A DNA stretch of 64,000 bases from NCBI GenBank assembly GCA_951406725.2, contig OX597823.1, positions 114,576,001 through 114,640,000 on the forward strand. Direction: 5' to 3'. A program made the position numbers and the translations under genes. Positions 27,046-41,617 of this stretch are shown in pieces. Position 1 is the first letter of the stretch, and each line of letters starts with the position of its first letter. The notes below the pieces were generated by a model. That model did not search any database and was not told the origin of the DNA. It saw nothing but the letters and a program-made list of their open reading frames with translations. The DNA is from Octopus vulgaris (lineage: Eukaryota).

Positions 27046-28000
27046 ATGTTTAAAGACTTAATGGCTTCAAATTTAAGGTAATGGATTACTAACCACAAGA
27101 TAATGAGTAAGACTTCGTATTGAACTTCCACTTTATACAATATCACTATATGTACATCTCAGACTACTTGACTTCCAACAATTAACTATTGTAATTTGAA
27201 GTGAATGGTTAGCAGTAAGAAAGATGTCCAGATTTCTTTAAAATTTATCGTGCAAAATATTCCGAGAAAATGTTTTTTCCACCACAACAAAACCACAAAG
27301 TTGTGTCTGTGGTAACTTGAGCTAGTACAAATAGCAACCAAATTTCACTTAAAACACACCTTTTCATCAAAAGAAAGTCACAGATTTACTGTATTTCAGG
27401 AAGAAAAGAATTATGTGATGAGTTTGCTAGATAAAACACATTGGGCTAAAAAAGAAACACATACAAACATACTTCACATTAAAAGATTATCTACGAAAAT
27501 ACTTCGAAATTTCATTCCCAGGTCAAACTAAGATTGTTGAGGCAGAGTTGCCTCCCTTAGCTAAACCCCTCAAAATTATACGACTAGACCTTGTTTTCGA
27601 GGTTATTTTTTTATGTAAAAAGTGTTGTGCCAAAAGCATTTTATTTGGTAGCCGAAAGATTACTGAATGTTTTGATACCTAATATGTCAAAATAGGCAAC
27701 TCACTTTTCGAATCCATACGCAACACACATACGCACGCACACACACGCGCATACACATACACACACACACACGCACAAATTCTATTTTATATATTAAGAT
27801 AACCAAGCGATTTGACAATTATTATTCGATAAGTATCGCATTTAAAAATAAATAATGGATCCGATACAATTAACTAAAACTCTTCATGGCAGCACTCCAG
27901 CTTCTCTGCAATTTAATGACTGAAGCAAACAGAAGAATAAAACGATAAATAAAAGTGTGTGTGTATGTGTGTGTGCCTCTGTGTGTATGTGTGCCTCTGT

Positions 28001-28038
<38 letters not shown>

Positions 28039-28148
28039 TTATACGAGTCAGCAAGAGAGGCATTCGGTGGGCAAGCCACAATTTGTGATGAACCAGAGTT
28101 GAACTGAGTATAAACCAGTGCTATAATAACAGCATCAACAACGGCAAT

Positions 28149-28211
<63 letters not shown>

Positions 28212-28718
28212 TACTACTACAACTACATGAAGAGTTATGGAATGTATAAGTCTTCTGCTCAAATGATATTTATCGATGTATGAACAAGGAGAAACGATTT
28301 AGTATGTTCTGGAATCTTTCTTCCATTTCACGTTGGCTTCACTTAATCGCTCTCCAATTTTTTTGATCTGCTGTCATACAGCACATCTAGTAAAAACAAC
28401 ACCATTACTGCACACTTCCTATGATTCCTTAATGGAACATCTATTTTCATGCTATAAATTTAGAAAAAAAGATATACCAAAGTATTATTTTCTCTTCTTC
28501 ATAAATCAGATTTGTGCATAGCATAATTTTGAATGGCACATCCTTCAAGACTTTCAAGCATTTGTATGAATTTTTTAAAGTTTTGAATCCACTGCAGAAT
28601 TCTTATCTCGTGTGGCACAGTGTGTGGGAAGTAGAGACTAAAGGTTCATGATACTGTCGCAACTCATCCACTCTGCTGCTTATTAACTTGAACATTATTG
28701 ATATAAGAATCCTTTCTA

Positions 28719-29964
28719 TCAGGTCATCCCATAAATTCTGTCCGAATTTTGAATAAACAAAACATGTGATCAAGTGGTATGTTTAAATGAAATTTAATCA
28801 TCAATGTACATTCCCTGATTATCTATGAACTCCTTCTTTCTATTTACAAGCTTTTTAATCCCATCAATGTAAAACTGTTTTGGTTTCAAAGCAAAGAACT
28901 CTGAAATGTCTGTTTCGACTTCCTCCTGGCTTGCGAGAGTTATATTCTCCCAAATAATTCTGTAAACTACGAAACAGATGGTAATCTGAAGGAACAAGGT
29001 CAGGATAATAAGGTGGATGAGGATTTTTTTCCGACCAAGCTCTTCGATCTTCTGTGATGTGATCTTTGCAGTGTGGGGTCGCACATTGTCCTTTCGATTC
29101 ACCAAAGCGGTCTTCTTTTCTTCAAAGCTTGGTTGAAACGCTCTAATTGCTAACAGTAGACTTGAGCATTAGGTGGTAACAATTCAAAGTGAATTACTCC
29201 TTTGCAATCCCACCAGATAGAGAGAAGAACCTTTTTCCATGAAGCACCCTTCTCGGTTGTGGTTGAGCTTTTTCCATTTTACCAAGCCACTGTTTACGAC
29301 GTTTAACATTTCTATAGAAGATCCATTTTTCGTCACCAGTCACAAGTCTATCCAAAAAGGGTGAAATGAGTCCGTGAGAATAGAGAGTGGAGCAGATGTC
29401 AACTGAGGATTTGCGGCTGCTTTCGGACAACTCAGTTTCCAAGTTTAGGAACCTTTCCAAGTTGCTAAAGATGACGATGAACAGTTATATGGCTTGAACT
29501 AAGCTTTATTGTCAATTCTTCAACTGATAATGCATGATATTCCACAATTAATGCCTCAAGGAGCTTATCATGAAACTCAACTGGACGTCATGTTCTATCT
29601 CCATGTTCAAGGCTGAAATCTCCACTTCTAAATTTTGGAAACCATCTTCTGCAAGTTCTTTCATTCAAGCATTCTTTCCGATACACTGAGTGTATGTTTC
29701 GAGTCGCTTCGGCTGCAGAGCTTCCCTTATTGTACTCAAAAAGCATTATGTGCCTCAAATGCTCTTTGGATACTTCCATGGTAGAAAGGTTTTTAATCAA
29801 AGAAATTTTAATTCTATTATTCTATAAAATAATATTTAATTACTTTAAATGTACACAAATGCATAAAAATAATTTTTAATTCCAACAGACATTCTAAAAT
29901 ACTATTAAATTTCATTCAATTTTAAAAAAAGGTAAAATGGGACAGAACTTATGGGATGACCTGA
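28719..29964 (-). mobile_element. Full-length mariner transposon, inactive
   Basis: About 31-bp imperfect TIRs (tcaggtcatcccataa.ttctgtcc), TA TSD at 28717-28718 and 29965-29966, 1246 bp. Confidence 0.95.
28794..29779 (-). pseudogene. Mariner transposase pseudogene
   Basis: Fragments MEVSKEHLRHIMLFEYNKG..RRWF.KFRSGDFSL (HTH), LVTGDEKW, DNVRPH, PDLVPSDYHLFR, split by frameshifts and stops. Confidence 0.92.
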
Positions 29965-29969
29965 TACTA

Positions 29970-30148
29970 TAGGCACAAGGCTTGAAATTTACAGGGAGGG
30001 AACTAGTTGATTTCATCGATCCCAGAGATTCACTGGTACTTAGTTTATCGACCTCGAGAGGATGAAATGCCAAGTGGACCTCGGCGAAATTTGAACTCAG
30101 ACCGTAGGGATAGGCGAAATATTGCTAAGCATTTTGCCCGGCGTGCTA
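29970..30148 (-). mobile_element. SINE-A1
   Basis: Reverse-complement match to family A. Confidence 0.7.
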
Positions 30149-30799
30149 ATAATAATATCACCATTACTAAAACATACTATAAAACACTATAAGTCACGTA
30201 CACGAGTTATGGCGGGAGCACTCTTCGTGGTTGCTTGATGTACTAGAAATAGCCCCCAAAGCTACTCCCAAATCACAGTCTGCAGTCTTAATAACATATA
30301 GAAGGGTACAATAACGTAGTCTGAAGTATACTGTGTTAAAACAAATACAGGATGTTCATGCCTGGAATGCGTCTGATAATAGGGCTGCTCAGCTTGAGTC
30401 AACCTAGGGCTGAACAACAAATACACGATAGATACATATGTTGGGGAATACTTGCAATGTTGATGCAGGGTTTAGGGGTGCGCAGTTCAACAGAGTGACA
30501 TATTAAGTCTAAATAAACACGTGGGAAGGGACCGCAACGATAGGAGGAAGAATTAAGTGCTTTGCAGTGTTCCATTATGCTCTTTTACGTAAGGAGTTCA
30601 AGTCTTGTGAGGGTCCATCTCCCTTTCATCCTTCGAGGGTCGGCAATATAATTACAAGTCATGTACTTGCTCTATCATGTTAGAAATCGATACTTGATCT
30701 TCGCTCATTCCAAATAACAGATCAAATGAAATGACAAGCCAATGAGTTGTTAGTGCTGTTGTGGCTGCTGCAGCTGCCGCTGCTGCTGTTATTGCTATG

Positions 30800-30942
30800 T
30801 TGGTGGTGGTGGTGGTGGTGGTGGTGGTGGTGGTGGTGGTGGTGGTGGTGGTGGTGGTGGTGGTGGTGGTGGTGGTGGTGGTGGTGGTGGTGGTGGTGGT
30901 GGTGGTGGTGGTGATGGTGGGGGTGGTGGTGGTGGTGGTGGT
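30800..30942. repeat. (GGT)n microsatellite
   Basis: Direct reading. Confidence 0.95.
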
Positions 30943-31092
30943 TGCTGCTGTAGTCGTCCTTAATTTTACTTTAGACTTTGTGACTATCAACATGAAAGAA
31001 TCTGGGGTCACGACACGGTTTCAATTCCTCGTTAAATTCGTTTCCTTCTTTACATGTTCCATAGTCTTTCACCCTCCCCTATCTCTATCTCC

Positions 31093-31154
<62 letters not shown>

Positions 31155-31575
31155 TCCGATTGTTCCATTTCTTTTTAATCTGGCGTCTCTATAACACACA
31201 GGACGAATTTACATCACTTTGAAGTCCAAGTGATTCTGACGTGTGGAATAGATTCTTTGTAAGACCGTTTGTGCCTACGCAGTTGTATATACATGCCTAA
31301 GCATATGTGCATATATGTGCATATATCTGTAAGTACGCATAAGCAATGAAATATACATAAATATGCGTGTGTATGTGTTTGTATGCAGGAGACCTCTCAT
31401 ATGTGCGATTGGTGTCACGCATGTAAGTAGGCCATGTTGTAAGCATCTAATATTGGGTCCAATATGTTGCTTTGTGTCGATGTGTGTACACGCCATGTTA
31501 AGTATGCACTTATATTGCCCCATTTTGTATATGAATTTATATATCTATTGTCATACATCTGTAGAAAATATTTCT

Positions 31576-31988
31576 TATTTCTTTATTACCCACAGGTGGC
31601 TAAACATACAGGGTACAAACAAAGACAGACAAAGGGATTAAGTCGATTACATCGACCCCAGTGCGTAACTGGTACTTAATTTATCGACCCCCGAAAGGAT
31701 CAAGAGCAAAGTCGGCCTCGGCGGAATTTGAACTTAGAACGTAACGGCAGACGAAAGACCTATTTCTTTACTACCCACAAGGGGTTAAACATAGAGGGGA
31801 CAAACAAGGACAGACAAACTGATTAAGTCAATTACATCGACCCCAGTGCGTAACTGGTACTTAATTTATCGACACCGAAAGGATGAAGGGCAAAGTTGAC
31901 CTCGGCGGAATTTGAACTTAGAATGTAACGGCAGACGGAATACGGCTACGCATTTCGCCCGGCGTGCTAACATTTCTGCCAGCTCACC
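31576..31988 (-). mobile_element. SINE-A2 head-to-tail dimer
   Basis: Two ~185-bp units (31576-31760, 31761-31944) plus one head. Confidence 0.85.
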
Positions 31989-32027
31989 TCTTATCTGTAG
32001 TAAATATTTCTTTGTACGATGTATATA

Positions 32028-32059
<32 letters not shown>

Positions 32060-32103
32060 CACCCGCCTTTGTGTGTTTATGTGTGTCTGAGTCTGTGTAT
32101 GTA

Positions 32104-32320
32104 CGAGGAGGGAGCTGAAAACTTCCTCGCTTTGAGGGTGTCGCGAAAGGCCAGGTTGGAGGCCCAACTTTTCGAGTTCTTTTACAGAACTTAGAAAACA
32201 CTGAAGGACCGTTGCAATGTATGTGATTCCGAGAGGGGAATATGTTGAATAAAATCACAATTAACTGATCTTCTTGTATTTTCTTTTACCCAGAGCCAGG
32301 GGCTTTTCAGCACCCCCTCG
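32104..32320 (+). mobile_element. Mariner internal-deletion derivative (MITE)
   Basis: Imperfect TIRs cgaggagggagctgaaaa / ttttcagcaccccctcg with TA on both sides; retains the transposase end ...RGEYVE*. Confidence 0.8.
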
Positions 32321-32892
32321 TATGTGTATGTATGTATGTATGTATGTATGTATGTATGTATGTATGTATGTATGTATGTATGTATGTATGTATGTATGTA
32401 TGTATGTGTGTATGTATGTATGTATGCATAGCTGTACATATTCAGTGATTGCTGGTTGCAGTCTATTGAATATTGGATGTTTATGTATCTATTGAAATGG
32501 TAGCCTAATTTTCATATTTTCTCCATATACGTATATATATATATATATACATCTATTTTTGTACCGATGTTTATATAGAGAGACTGATTGTATTGTCAGT
32601 TATTTGTATTGATTCTACAAATTACCAACACCTCGATTCCACATATTCACTAAATCACATACTTTTCACAATTCTGTATTTTCCGGAGCCAACACGCACA
32701 TGCGAGCGAACATTTATTAACATACGCACACATGCACACATACACGCTCACACACATATCTAGGTATATTTATAGATATAGATTATTAGATACACAGAGG
32801 GGGAGAGAGAAATTTCTATAGAATTAGGTTAAATTCTGTTTTTTATCCCCATTTATTTTAATCCGTATTTTTCATAAAAAATTTTAAGAAAT

Positions 32893-33890
32893 TAGTCAAT
32901 TCTATACACTCCTTCATTGTTCATGAATCTTTATTAACTTTCTACTGTCTTGTCAATGCCTTGATGTTAAAAATGTTTAAAATGTGACTCTTCTAATCTC
33001 GGTATTTTGGGTGTTTTTTTCCCCTTCATGTCGTTGAACGAATCGCCGCGCAGGCTTCCGGAGAGTTACCGGAAAAAAAGCTGATAATATGATGGTGCTA
33101 TATTCGGAGAATACAACGTGTGCAGTAGAACTTTCCAGCCGAGCTTTTGAATAGCAATATTAGGTTAGATACGTTGTCGTATTAATGAAGGACAACGAGT
33201 CGGCGGTTGGGTTGTTTCAGTTGCATTGCCTCGTTGAGTCAGTGTCATTTGGTGAACGAAAAACTCTGAATTGATCGCATGGTTGTTTTCAAAAAGTTCG
33301 TAGTGCATTAGCCCTTCCCAATCCTACAAAACGTAGTTCGTTGGTTTACGCGGATGCAAATCTGGATAGACTCGTCGTGTTGCTCGTATGTCGGGACTCA
33401 GCCATTTATTCCTCTCCTTCATATTGACGTAAAGATAATTTTTTTTTACGATATGGTGAAGAAATATTAGTATTTGTCCATGGATAGTTTTGTGTTAAGA
33501 AAGCAAACTGGCGCAATAGAGAAGCGCCTAAGTTTGCCTTTTCCATTCATTGCGTGTGACACATTTGGACCTAGATTTTGGACCTTACTATCGAGAATCC
33601 CATGTGCTGGAGAAATCTATAGCTGACTGGCGCTGATCCTCCTGGAAGAGCTCGTTCGATTAATCTTCATTTTGCTGAACTGGTTGCCCAGAATGCATAC
33701 AGTCTGTGAGGTCGAATTTCTCCTCTGTAAGTCGTGAAAACCATTGCTATGCAGTTCTTTTAATAATAGCCTCAGCACCGTACACAGCACAAATGTCTCC
33801 AGTGGCTTTGGCAATTTTGGGACCTTGACTGAAAGCGAAGAGTAGCAGGTATCGAAAATACTCGTTTTTATCTAAATGATACTCTATCGT
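32893..33890 (-). pseudogene. Old mariner transposase pseudogene (second lineage)
   Basis: Minus translation KNEYFRYLLLFAFSQG..ICAVYG..QWF..FDL..SGQP; LYVNMKERNKWLSP..PDLHPRK..DWEGLMHYEL; YDNV; LGWKVLLHTLYSPNIAPSYYQLF; TIR-like end near 34010-34038. Confidence 0.85.
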
Positions 33891-34209
33891 CATATATCTA
33901 AAAGGAGGTAAAATTCATTCAAATTTCACAAACTATAAACAACAGTTGTAGAGAAAGAATAATGCTTCAAAAAGACTATAAAACACTAGGACAATTAAAA
34001 AACTTTGGAACCGAATGAATTGATCCGGCAAGCCAATATGTACGTGTGTCCGAGCACGGGTATATACAGAGGGAAATGCATATACACAAGCATACATGCC
34101 TATGTACCTACCTACCGATCTGCCTATCTACTTACATACGCACAAACGTATATACATACAAACACATGCTACATACACGCCAACATGCATACCTACACAG
34201 AGTGAGACA

Positions 34210-34291
<82 letters not shown>

Positions 34292-34614
34292 GGCTTGAAT
34301 ATATTTTCAGTCCAATGTGGTCGATTGGTCGATTGGTCGAGCGCCTACATAACAATTTTACATTTTACCAATCGATATCTGTCGCAGCTCATTGCGATCT
34401 GAATTCATTTCACGACCCCCACATGCATTGAATCTCTTCCTGATAGCAATACTAATCCTTCGGGAGCCTCCACGCTAGGCGAGACACAAGTATAGGCATT
34501 TGTGTGTATGTGTGTATATATATATATGTATTTAAAGAAATATGTACACAATACATTCATATATATAGAGTGGTGTGGGAGAGAGACAGAGCCAGAGATA
34601 TATTCATACATTTT

Positions 34615-34830
34615 TTGGTTTCAAATTTTGGCGCGAGGCCAGCAATTTCGGTGGCGGTAGGAAAAGACGATTACGTCGATCCCAGTGCTCAACTTACACT
34701 TATTTGATTAACTCCGAAAAAGATGAAAGGCAAAGACGAACTCGGCGGGATTTGAAATGAGAACGTAAAGACGAACGAAACACTGTTAAGGAATTTTCCC
34801 GGCTTCCTAACGATTCCGGCAGTTCGCTCT
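34615..34830 (-). mobile_element. SINE-A1
   Basis: Reverse-complement match to family A. Confidence 0.75.
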
Positions 34831-34854
34831 CTTATGCATGCATACATTAAATAT

Positions 34855-34929
<75 letters not shown>

Positions 34930-34968
34930 TGTGTGTGTGTGTATATATATATATATTTTTTTTTTATT

Positions 34969-35063
<95 letters not shown>

Positions 35064-37099
35064 TACACACACACAAACAGACAAATAAACACAAACACAA
35101 ATAAAGAACAGAAGAATGGTATATGGGTTTGTGTACGTGTGTGAGTATTTGCATTCTCCCGGTGTGTTTATATCTTAGTGTGTCCCTATGTCCAAATTTG
35201 AACGTTTGTTTGTATGCGGTTGTGTATATGTTTTCGAACATATATACATACATATGCCTGACAACACTTGTATTGCGTTGGCGTAGAGAAACAATAAGAG
35301 AAATAAGAGAATAAAAACCGCCATTGAAATACGACATCCGGTTCGTTTTGTTCACAGTCTCAGTTTCTGCCATTACAGTACACACATTTCTATCGTCTGC
35401 TTCCTTCAAACACAAACATTCAGCTTTACCATTTATTCCTTAGCATTGGCATTACTTTAGAACCTGATAGTAATTCGGAAACTTCAATCTATTCTATTAT
35501 TCCTACAGCAAACTTACCATTATCGATTTTGGTTCGCGTGTCTTTTTCTTCTTTTATTTTATTCATATACATATATTCTTTGTTTATTTTCTTGCCAGAG
35601 CAGTTGTTGTTGTTTTACTTGTTTTTCCTCTCCTTCTTCTTGATATTGTTGTTCAAAATATTCCTTTGTATCAAAGGAATATCCTTTTTAATCTCTAGCC
35701 TTATAAGTTCTCATTACTATTCTCAGTATCGACTAGGCTTAACCCCCACACCCACACCCTCATTAACCACTACCACTCGCACCGCGACCACTACTGCTAG
35801 AATATTAATGATCATCATCACTACTATCAGCAGCAGCATTAGCAACGGCAGCAGCCGTACCGCTTTTTTTGCTTCTTGCTATTTCCATTCGAACAGAAGA
35901 ACAGAAATGATAACTTGCACAACTGCTCTTCTGTCATGGAGCCGTTCCCGTTTGTCAACCAAACACAATCACAAGTTATTGTATATAATTGCGTATGCGC
36001 GTGTATATCTATCTATCTATCTATATATATATATATATATATAAAGACAGACAGATAACAAGAGAGGATTAAAATTATACTGAAGATTGTTCAGCCGTCA
36101 TGCGGTTAGAACCACGTACACTCCCTAATAGAATATGTCTCTATGTGTATAAGTATAAAATAAAGTTAGACGTTAGAAAGCCTTACTGTGGGTGAATTAA
36201 GAACGTAAACAGATTGTTTCTACTCTACGCTATTCTTGCCCGTAAAAAGCGGGTGGAATCACCTAACGAACTGTCCTACCGTTTGACGACCACTTCTCAG
36301 GGAGGGTGTATCCATCTTCCTTTCTCAATTCAGAGCACGTGTCTGCAACTATATAAAGCAGTCATTAATTAGACTAGCTCATTAATGGATAGCCTAATTT
36401 TCATATCTGTGCTTCTCATGACTCACCATTAAAATAACAATATTTCTGAGCCATCCAAAGCATAAATATGAAAATTTCGTTATCCACAACTTTGCTCGCG
36501 TAATTTACAATTTATGAGCGGTTTGCATACTACATGGGGTGTACTTTTCACTAGAAGAGGAAAGTGAGCACATTTTCTTTGAGAAGCAGTCAATAAAGTG
36601 AGAAAGAGTTTTGTCTGGTGAGTCGCAATGTTTTTGTTTTTTCTATGGACATCAATATCATAAAATATTTCACCCATCATCTTTTTTTAACATGCGTGTT
36701 CCCTGCTGGGACATGTTGAAAGGTTTAACAAAACCCAACAAACTGGTGAGATGCGTCGATTTCCAGCTTGTAGATGCATTTCACTATTCACATCAGTCTT
36801 CAGAAATGGAGGAAAACGTCAACAGTGGAACGATATTGTTCTCATCTTTAGCAGAGAACTCGAGGAGTATAAAAATCGGCTCAGAATAATAATATAATTT
36901 GAAACCATGAGATAAAACAAATGAACACTCAACTGAAGAGATGCGTTAGAATTTCTAAATATTTGTGTTAAAAAGTTCAGACAATGCTAGATTCGAGAGC
37001 TAGACAGACGTAATTCACTTGTTGCATGTTTCCTGAGCCAGTGTAACCGACCGTAGTTGCTCTCTCAGAGAATTTACTAAAGAGTATTTTAGATTGCAG

Positions 37100-38310
37100 A
37101 TGAGAAAAAAGAACTAAAAGACAATTGCTTTTGGGATTTTCAGTTCTTTCTGAAATGCATGAGAAATTTGAAGAGTTTCTCTTTTATATAAACAACGTTT
37201 GACAACACAATGTCTGCGTTTCATAGGTTTGTGAAAACACATTGTACAAATTCTGCTTCCCACGTCAAGAGAAAAGCGTATTAAAATCAACAGTTGGTAA
37301 CTAACAATCCATAGAACCATTGCACAACTGTTCGTTTTCGGAAAGTTCTAGCAAGTGTTCTTCTTACCTTCCTATATAATGGCTTACTTATTGTCCTTCC
37401 TGAATTTAGAAGTGGTTTCCGTCCTGACAGGAACACGGTGGATGTGATAGATGCAGGACGAGTGCGGTGAGTAAAAATGAGATCCTGTTCAAGTTGAAAT
37501 TGCTGTAACAAAGATCTTTGTTAGTGCGAACTTGATTGTCTATTGACATAGGACAATTTAGTAATATTAATAAACAAGTTTGATTACACGGCAGGATACG
37601 TAGTCATTTCATTTAAAACGGGGAAATACCTTTAAGCATTCACACTGCAACTGATTTTTTTCAAAGATCTTAAGACTCATGTCTGATCCTAACATTGCAT
37701 CACGAGGTTAACTAAGGTTGATATGTAACACGCATGAGTGCTGACTTTCCTTCTTTACTCATGCGAGTTATGCTTTCTTTAATGCATTGTGTAACGTTTC
37801 TCAAAAATATTTTAGATACATTCTGAATGTAGGTGTATTCTAAATGCTTTTGAGTCCTTTACGACACAAAATTCAACTGTATTAAGGGGAGGTAAACTTG
37901 TGGGCATCGATACAGCAGTTCACAGGTAGCATTTACGTTGAAACAGAAGCCTTCTATAAATATCTGGTCAGATAATCCAGAAGTACATGCTGTATCGTGG
38001 GCTTATCTGCAGAAGTCGTCCTTAATACCAAAGAAGGCCGCGGTTTAAGGACTGTGCAATGTTCTTCTTGAAAGTATTTGAATGAGGTAACTGAGCTAGG
38101 AATAAAAATGCTTTTGATCGGACCCATCAGCAACGTGTGGGGCAGATGGATTTGAAAACGCGTATGTTTTCCGTGCAGGATTCAAAATAGTTGCACAAAT
38201 AAAACATCTGATAGTGGGCATATGCTAATAAGCATCGGAATAAGATTACCTGACGCGCCATAATCAAATAAACTACTCCTATATAAGAGTAGATTATTAG
38301 TCTGATCATG
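37100..38310 (-). pseudogene. Possible decayed piggyBac-like transposase relic
   Basis: Weak: LIIYSYIG...RQVI...MFYLCNYFES resembles the F.IY.G...VV..L...LY.DNYFTS region; no TIR or TTAA ends found. Confidence 0.2.
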
Positions 38311-38639
38311 CCTTCGATTACGTTGAGGTGGCCATAATTTTGTTGTTGTCGTTGTAAATATTAATGTTGATGCTAATGGTGGTGGTGGTGGTGGTGGTGA
38401 TGGTGTTGGCAGGGGAGTAGTGTTGCTGTTGATGCTGTTGATGATGGTTTCTGTTCGTCGTGGTGGTGATGATGATGGTAGTAGTGGTGGAAAGAGGGTG
38501 GAGTTGTTGATTGTAATGGTGACGATGTTGTAATCGGTCGTGGTGGTGCTGTTGTTATTGCTGTTGATGATGCTGACGGTGATGGTGATTTTGCTGACAG
38601 AACGATATTGCTGTTAGTGTCGGTAAAGATGCTTGGAAG

Positions 38640-38659
38640 CAGTAGCCGTGGTAGTAGTG

Positions 38660-38708
<49 letters not shown>

Positions 38709-38879
38709 CAGCAGCACCAGCAGCAGCAGCAGCAGAAGTAGTAATAGTAGTAGTAGTATTAGTAGTAGTAGTATTAGTAGTAGTAGTAGTAGCAGCAGCA
38801 GCAGCAGTAGTAGTGGTAGTAGTAGTAGTAGTTGTAGTAGTAGGAGCAGGAGCACCAGTAGTAATAGTAGTAGTAGTAA

Positions 38880-38946
<67 letters not shown>
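38640..38946. repeat. (TAG/CAG)n microsatellite
   Basis: Direct reading. Confidence 0.95.
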
Positions 38947-39791
38947 TGAGATAATGTTGTTTTCGCTTCAAGCAGTGGTTGTGGTGATGGTGGTCGTCGT
39001 CGTCGTCGTCGTGGTAACGATAGTACTCGTACTGGCGTTCTGGTGGTGGTGGTGGTTGTGGTGGTGTTGGTGGTGGTGTCGATTTTCGAGAGACTGTGAA
39101 ATTATAAATAAGCTCTGATGACACCTCGAAAATGCCAATATATTTGATATTCCATTTAAATGATTGAAGTAAATAAGAGAATATAAAAAGAAATTATTTA
39201 TTAAGGACCGAAAACGAGGTTTTTATTCCGTTCGCTCGATTACAGTTGACCCCAACAACCTGAAACAGAAACTTTCACCAATTTTTCGGTTATTTTTAGG
39301 CAACTTTTAAAAATATATCTTATTATTCAAAAATCCATTTTAAGAAAAATAACTTTCTTTTCTAACAAAAGTATCTAATTGAAGTGATATATCATTGTGA
39401 CATATAATCGATAACCGACGTCAATTTCGTGAAATTTTGTCCTCGCAGTTTTAGGGGAATAGTATGGTAGAACAGAACGGAAGAAACGATACGTGTCTAT
39501 GTGGAAGTGTATACGTGCTCCTACATATATAGATGTGTGTGAGTGTGTAGGTAAATAGGTAGGAATATTTGTGCATATGATATATATGCGTATACATATA
39601 TACATATATATATATATACACATATATAATATATATATATATATTATACACGTATACACACACAGGCATATATATGTGTGTGTGTATATATTACGAGAGA
39701 GATACATAGATTTGTATCTGTAAGTGCTATGTATATATTCGTGTACGTGTATATATATATATGTATGTATATATGAATATATGTATGTAAT

Positions 39792-39830
<39 letters not shown>

Positions 39831-39938
39831 GTATGTATGTATGTAATTATATACATATATATATATATATATGTGTGTGTGTTTATATATATGTATGTAT
39901 ATATATATGTATATATATGTATATATATATATATGTAT

Positions 39939-39978
<40 letters not shown>

Positions 39979-40460
39979 GGTTGCTTACATACATATACAT
40001 ATATGTATATACGGATATCTTTGAGTATATATATACATGCATACATATGCATATGTGGGTATGAATTCAATTAGATTGTTTTTACGGATATATACGCAGA
40101 GAAACACTCACTCTCCATATAAGTGAGTATCAGTACGAGTGTATATATCTGTTTTCATTCTGATAAGAAACTCGTCAAAGAGATAAGTGAATGATTGGTT
40201 AAGTAATAACATAAAACCATATATACACATACATATATACACATACATATATACATATACATATATACACATATATAAACATAGACTCACGCACACACGC
40301 ACTTGTATACTAACAAAGACGCACACGAAATACAGTTGTTTTGTTGACCATTCTTCATGCACACACACATACACATACGCTGGTGAATGAATATATTCAT
40401 GGAATTGTATAGAAACCTGTGTACATATATATATATATATATGTATACATATATGTGTGT

Positions 40461-40511
<51 letters not shown>

Positions 40512-40620
40512 CATATGCGTAGGCTGATTGTGGGTTGCCTAACAAACTGAAATGATAGGTTTAAGTACGTCTGAGTATATATTGCGGATATGTGTGTGTG
40601 TATGTGTGTGTATACCTTGT

Positions 40621-40625
40621 AGTAT

Positions 40626-40658
<33 letters not shown>

Positions 40659-40972
40659 GCATCCGTCGGTCTTGAGTGTCTATGGATCTGCGACCGAAGA
40701 AATCGTGTTAGCTGCTAATGGCGTTGCAGGGTGTGTTGTGGATGGGATGTAATGGCCCACACGGGTGTGGCAGCCACGCATATAGCGACTGCATTTAAAG
40801 GAGCTCTCTGCCGGGGCTACTGGCCTTTCCTTCCGTCGATAGCACTTTTCTTTGGTGACGATTTCCTGCTTTTTCTTCATCTTGCCTCTTGCCTATTCGC
40901 AGTATTGGTCTCCAGCGTGGGCGATCGTTTGTGACCTTCTTCCATCTCAGGACGCCTAGATCAAGCGTCATC
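40621..40972 (-). mobile_element. RTE-clade LINE 3' end with (CTA)n tail
   Basis: Minus translation W...TNDRPRWR and FKCSRYMRGCHTRVG (degenerate C..C.R.C.SRIG motif of RTE C-termini), short 3'UTR, microsatellite tail. Confidence 0.75.
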
Positions 40973-41269
40973 ACACACACATGCACACACACATACACGC
41001 ACAAACGCACACATCCATATCTATATATATATACACACGTGTGTATATATTAAACTGTGGCCAAGTTGGGGCACAGCCTTGAAGGTTTTTAGTCAAACAA
41101 ATCGACACCAGTATTTTGCAGAGCCCACATTTTACGAAACAACCATTAAAAGAGTGATTGATTGTATGATCTGCTAGACATAGCAGTCAAATTTCAACTA
41201 AATAGCGCATAAGATTTTATAAGCTTAAGGACAAATTTGATAATTTAGTTATATATATTTATATATTTA

Positions 41270-41616
41270 TACTATACTATACTATACTATATTATACTAT
41301 ACTATACTATACTATACTATACTATACTATACTATATTATACTATACTATACTATACTATACTATACTATACTATACTATATTATACTATACTATACTAT
41401 ACTATACTATACTATACTATATTATACAATACTATACTATACTATACTATACTATACTATATTATACTATACTATACTATACTATACTATACTATACTAT
41501 ACTATACTATACTATATTATACTATACTATACTATACTATACTATACTATACTATACTATATTATACTATACTATACTATACTATACTATACTATACTAT
41601 ACTATACTATACTATA
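41270..41616. repeat. (ACTAT)n pentanucleotide array
   Basis: About 69 units with periodic ATTAT variants. Confidence 0.95.
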
Positions 41617-41617
41617 C

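Noticed and set aside
36772-36806. Minus-strand CUGAAGA...GAAA-UGCA-UC
   Set aside because: Palindromic stem III is present but stem I cannot form; probably chance.
39115-39135. Plus-strand CUGAUGA-cacctc-GAAA
   Set aside because: No stem II and no stem I/III pairing.
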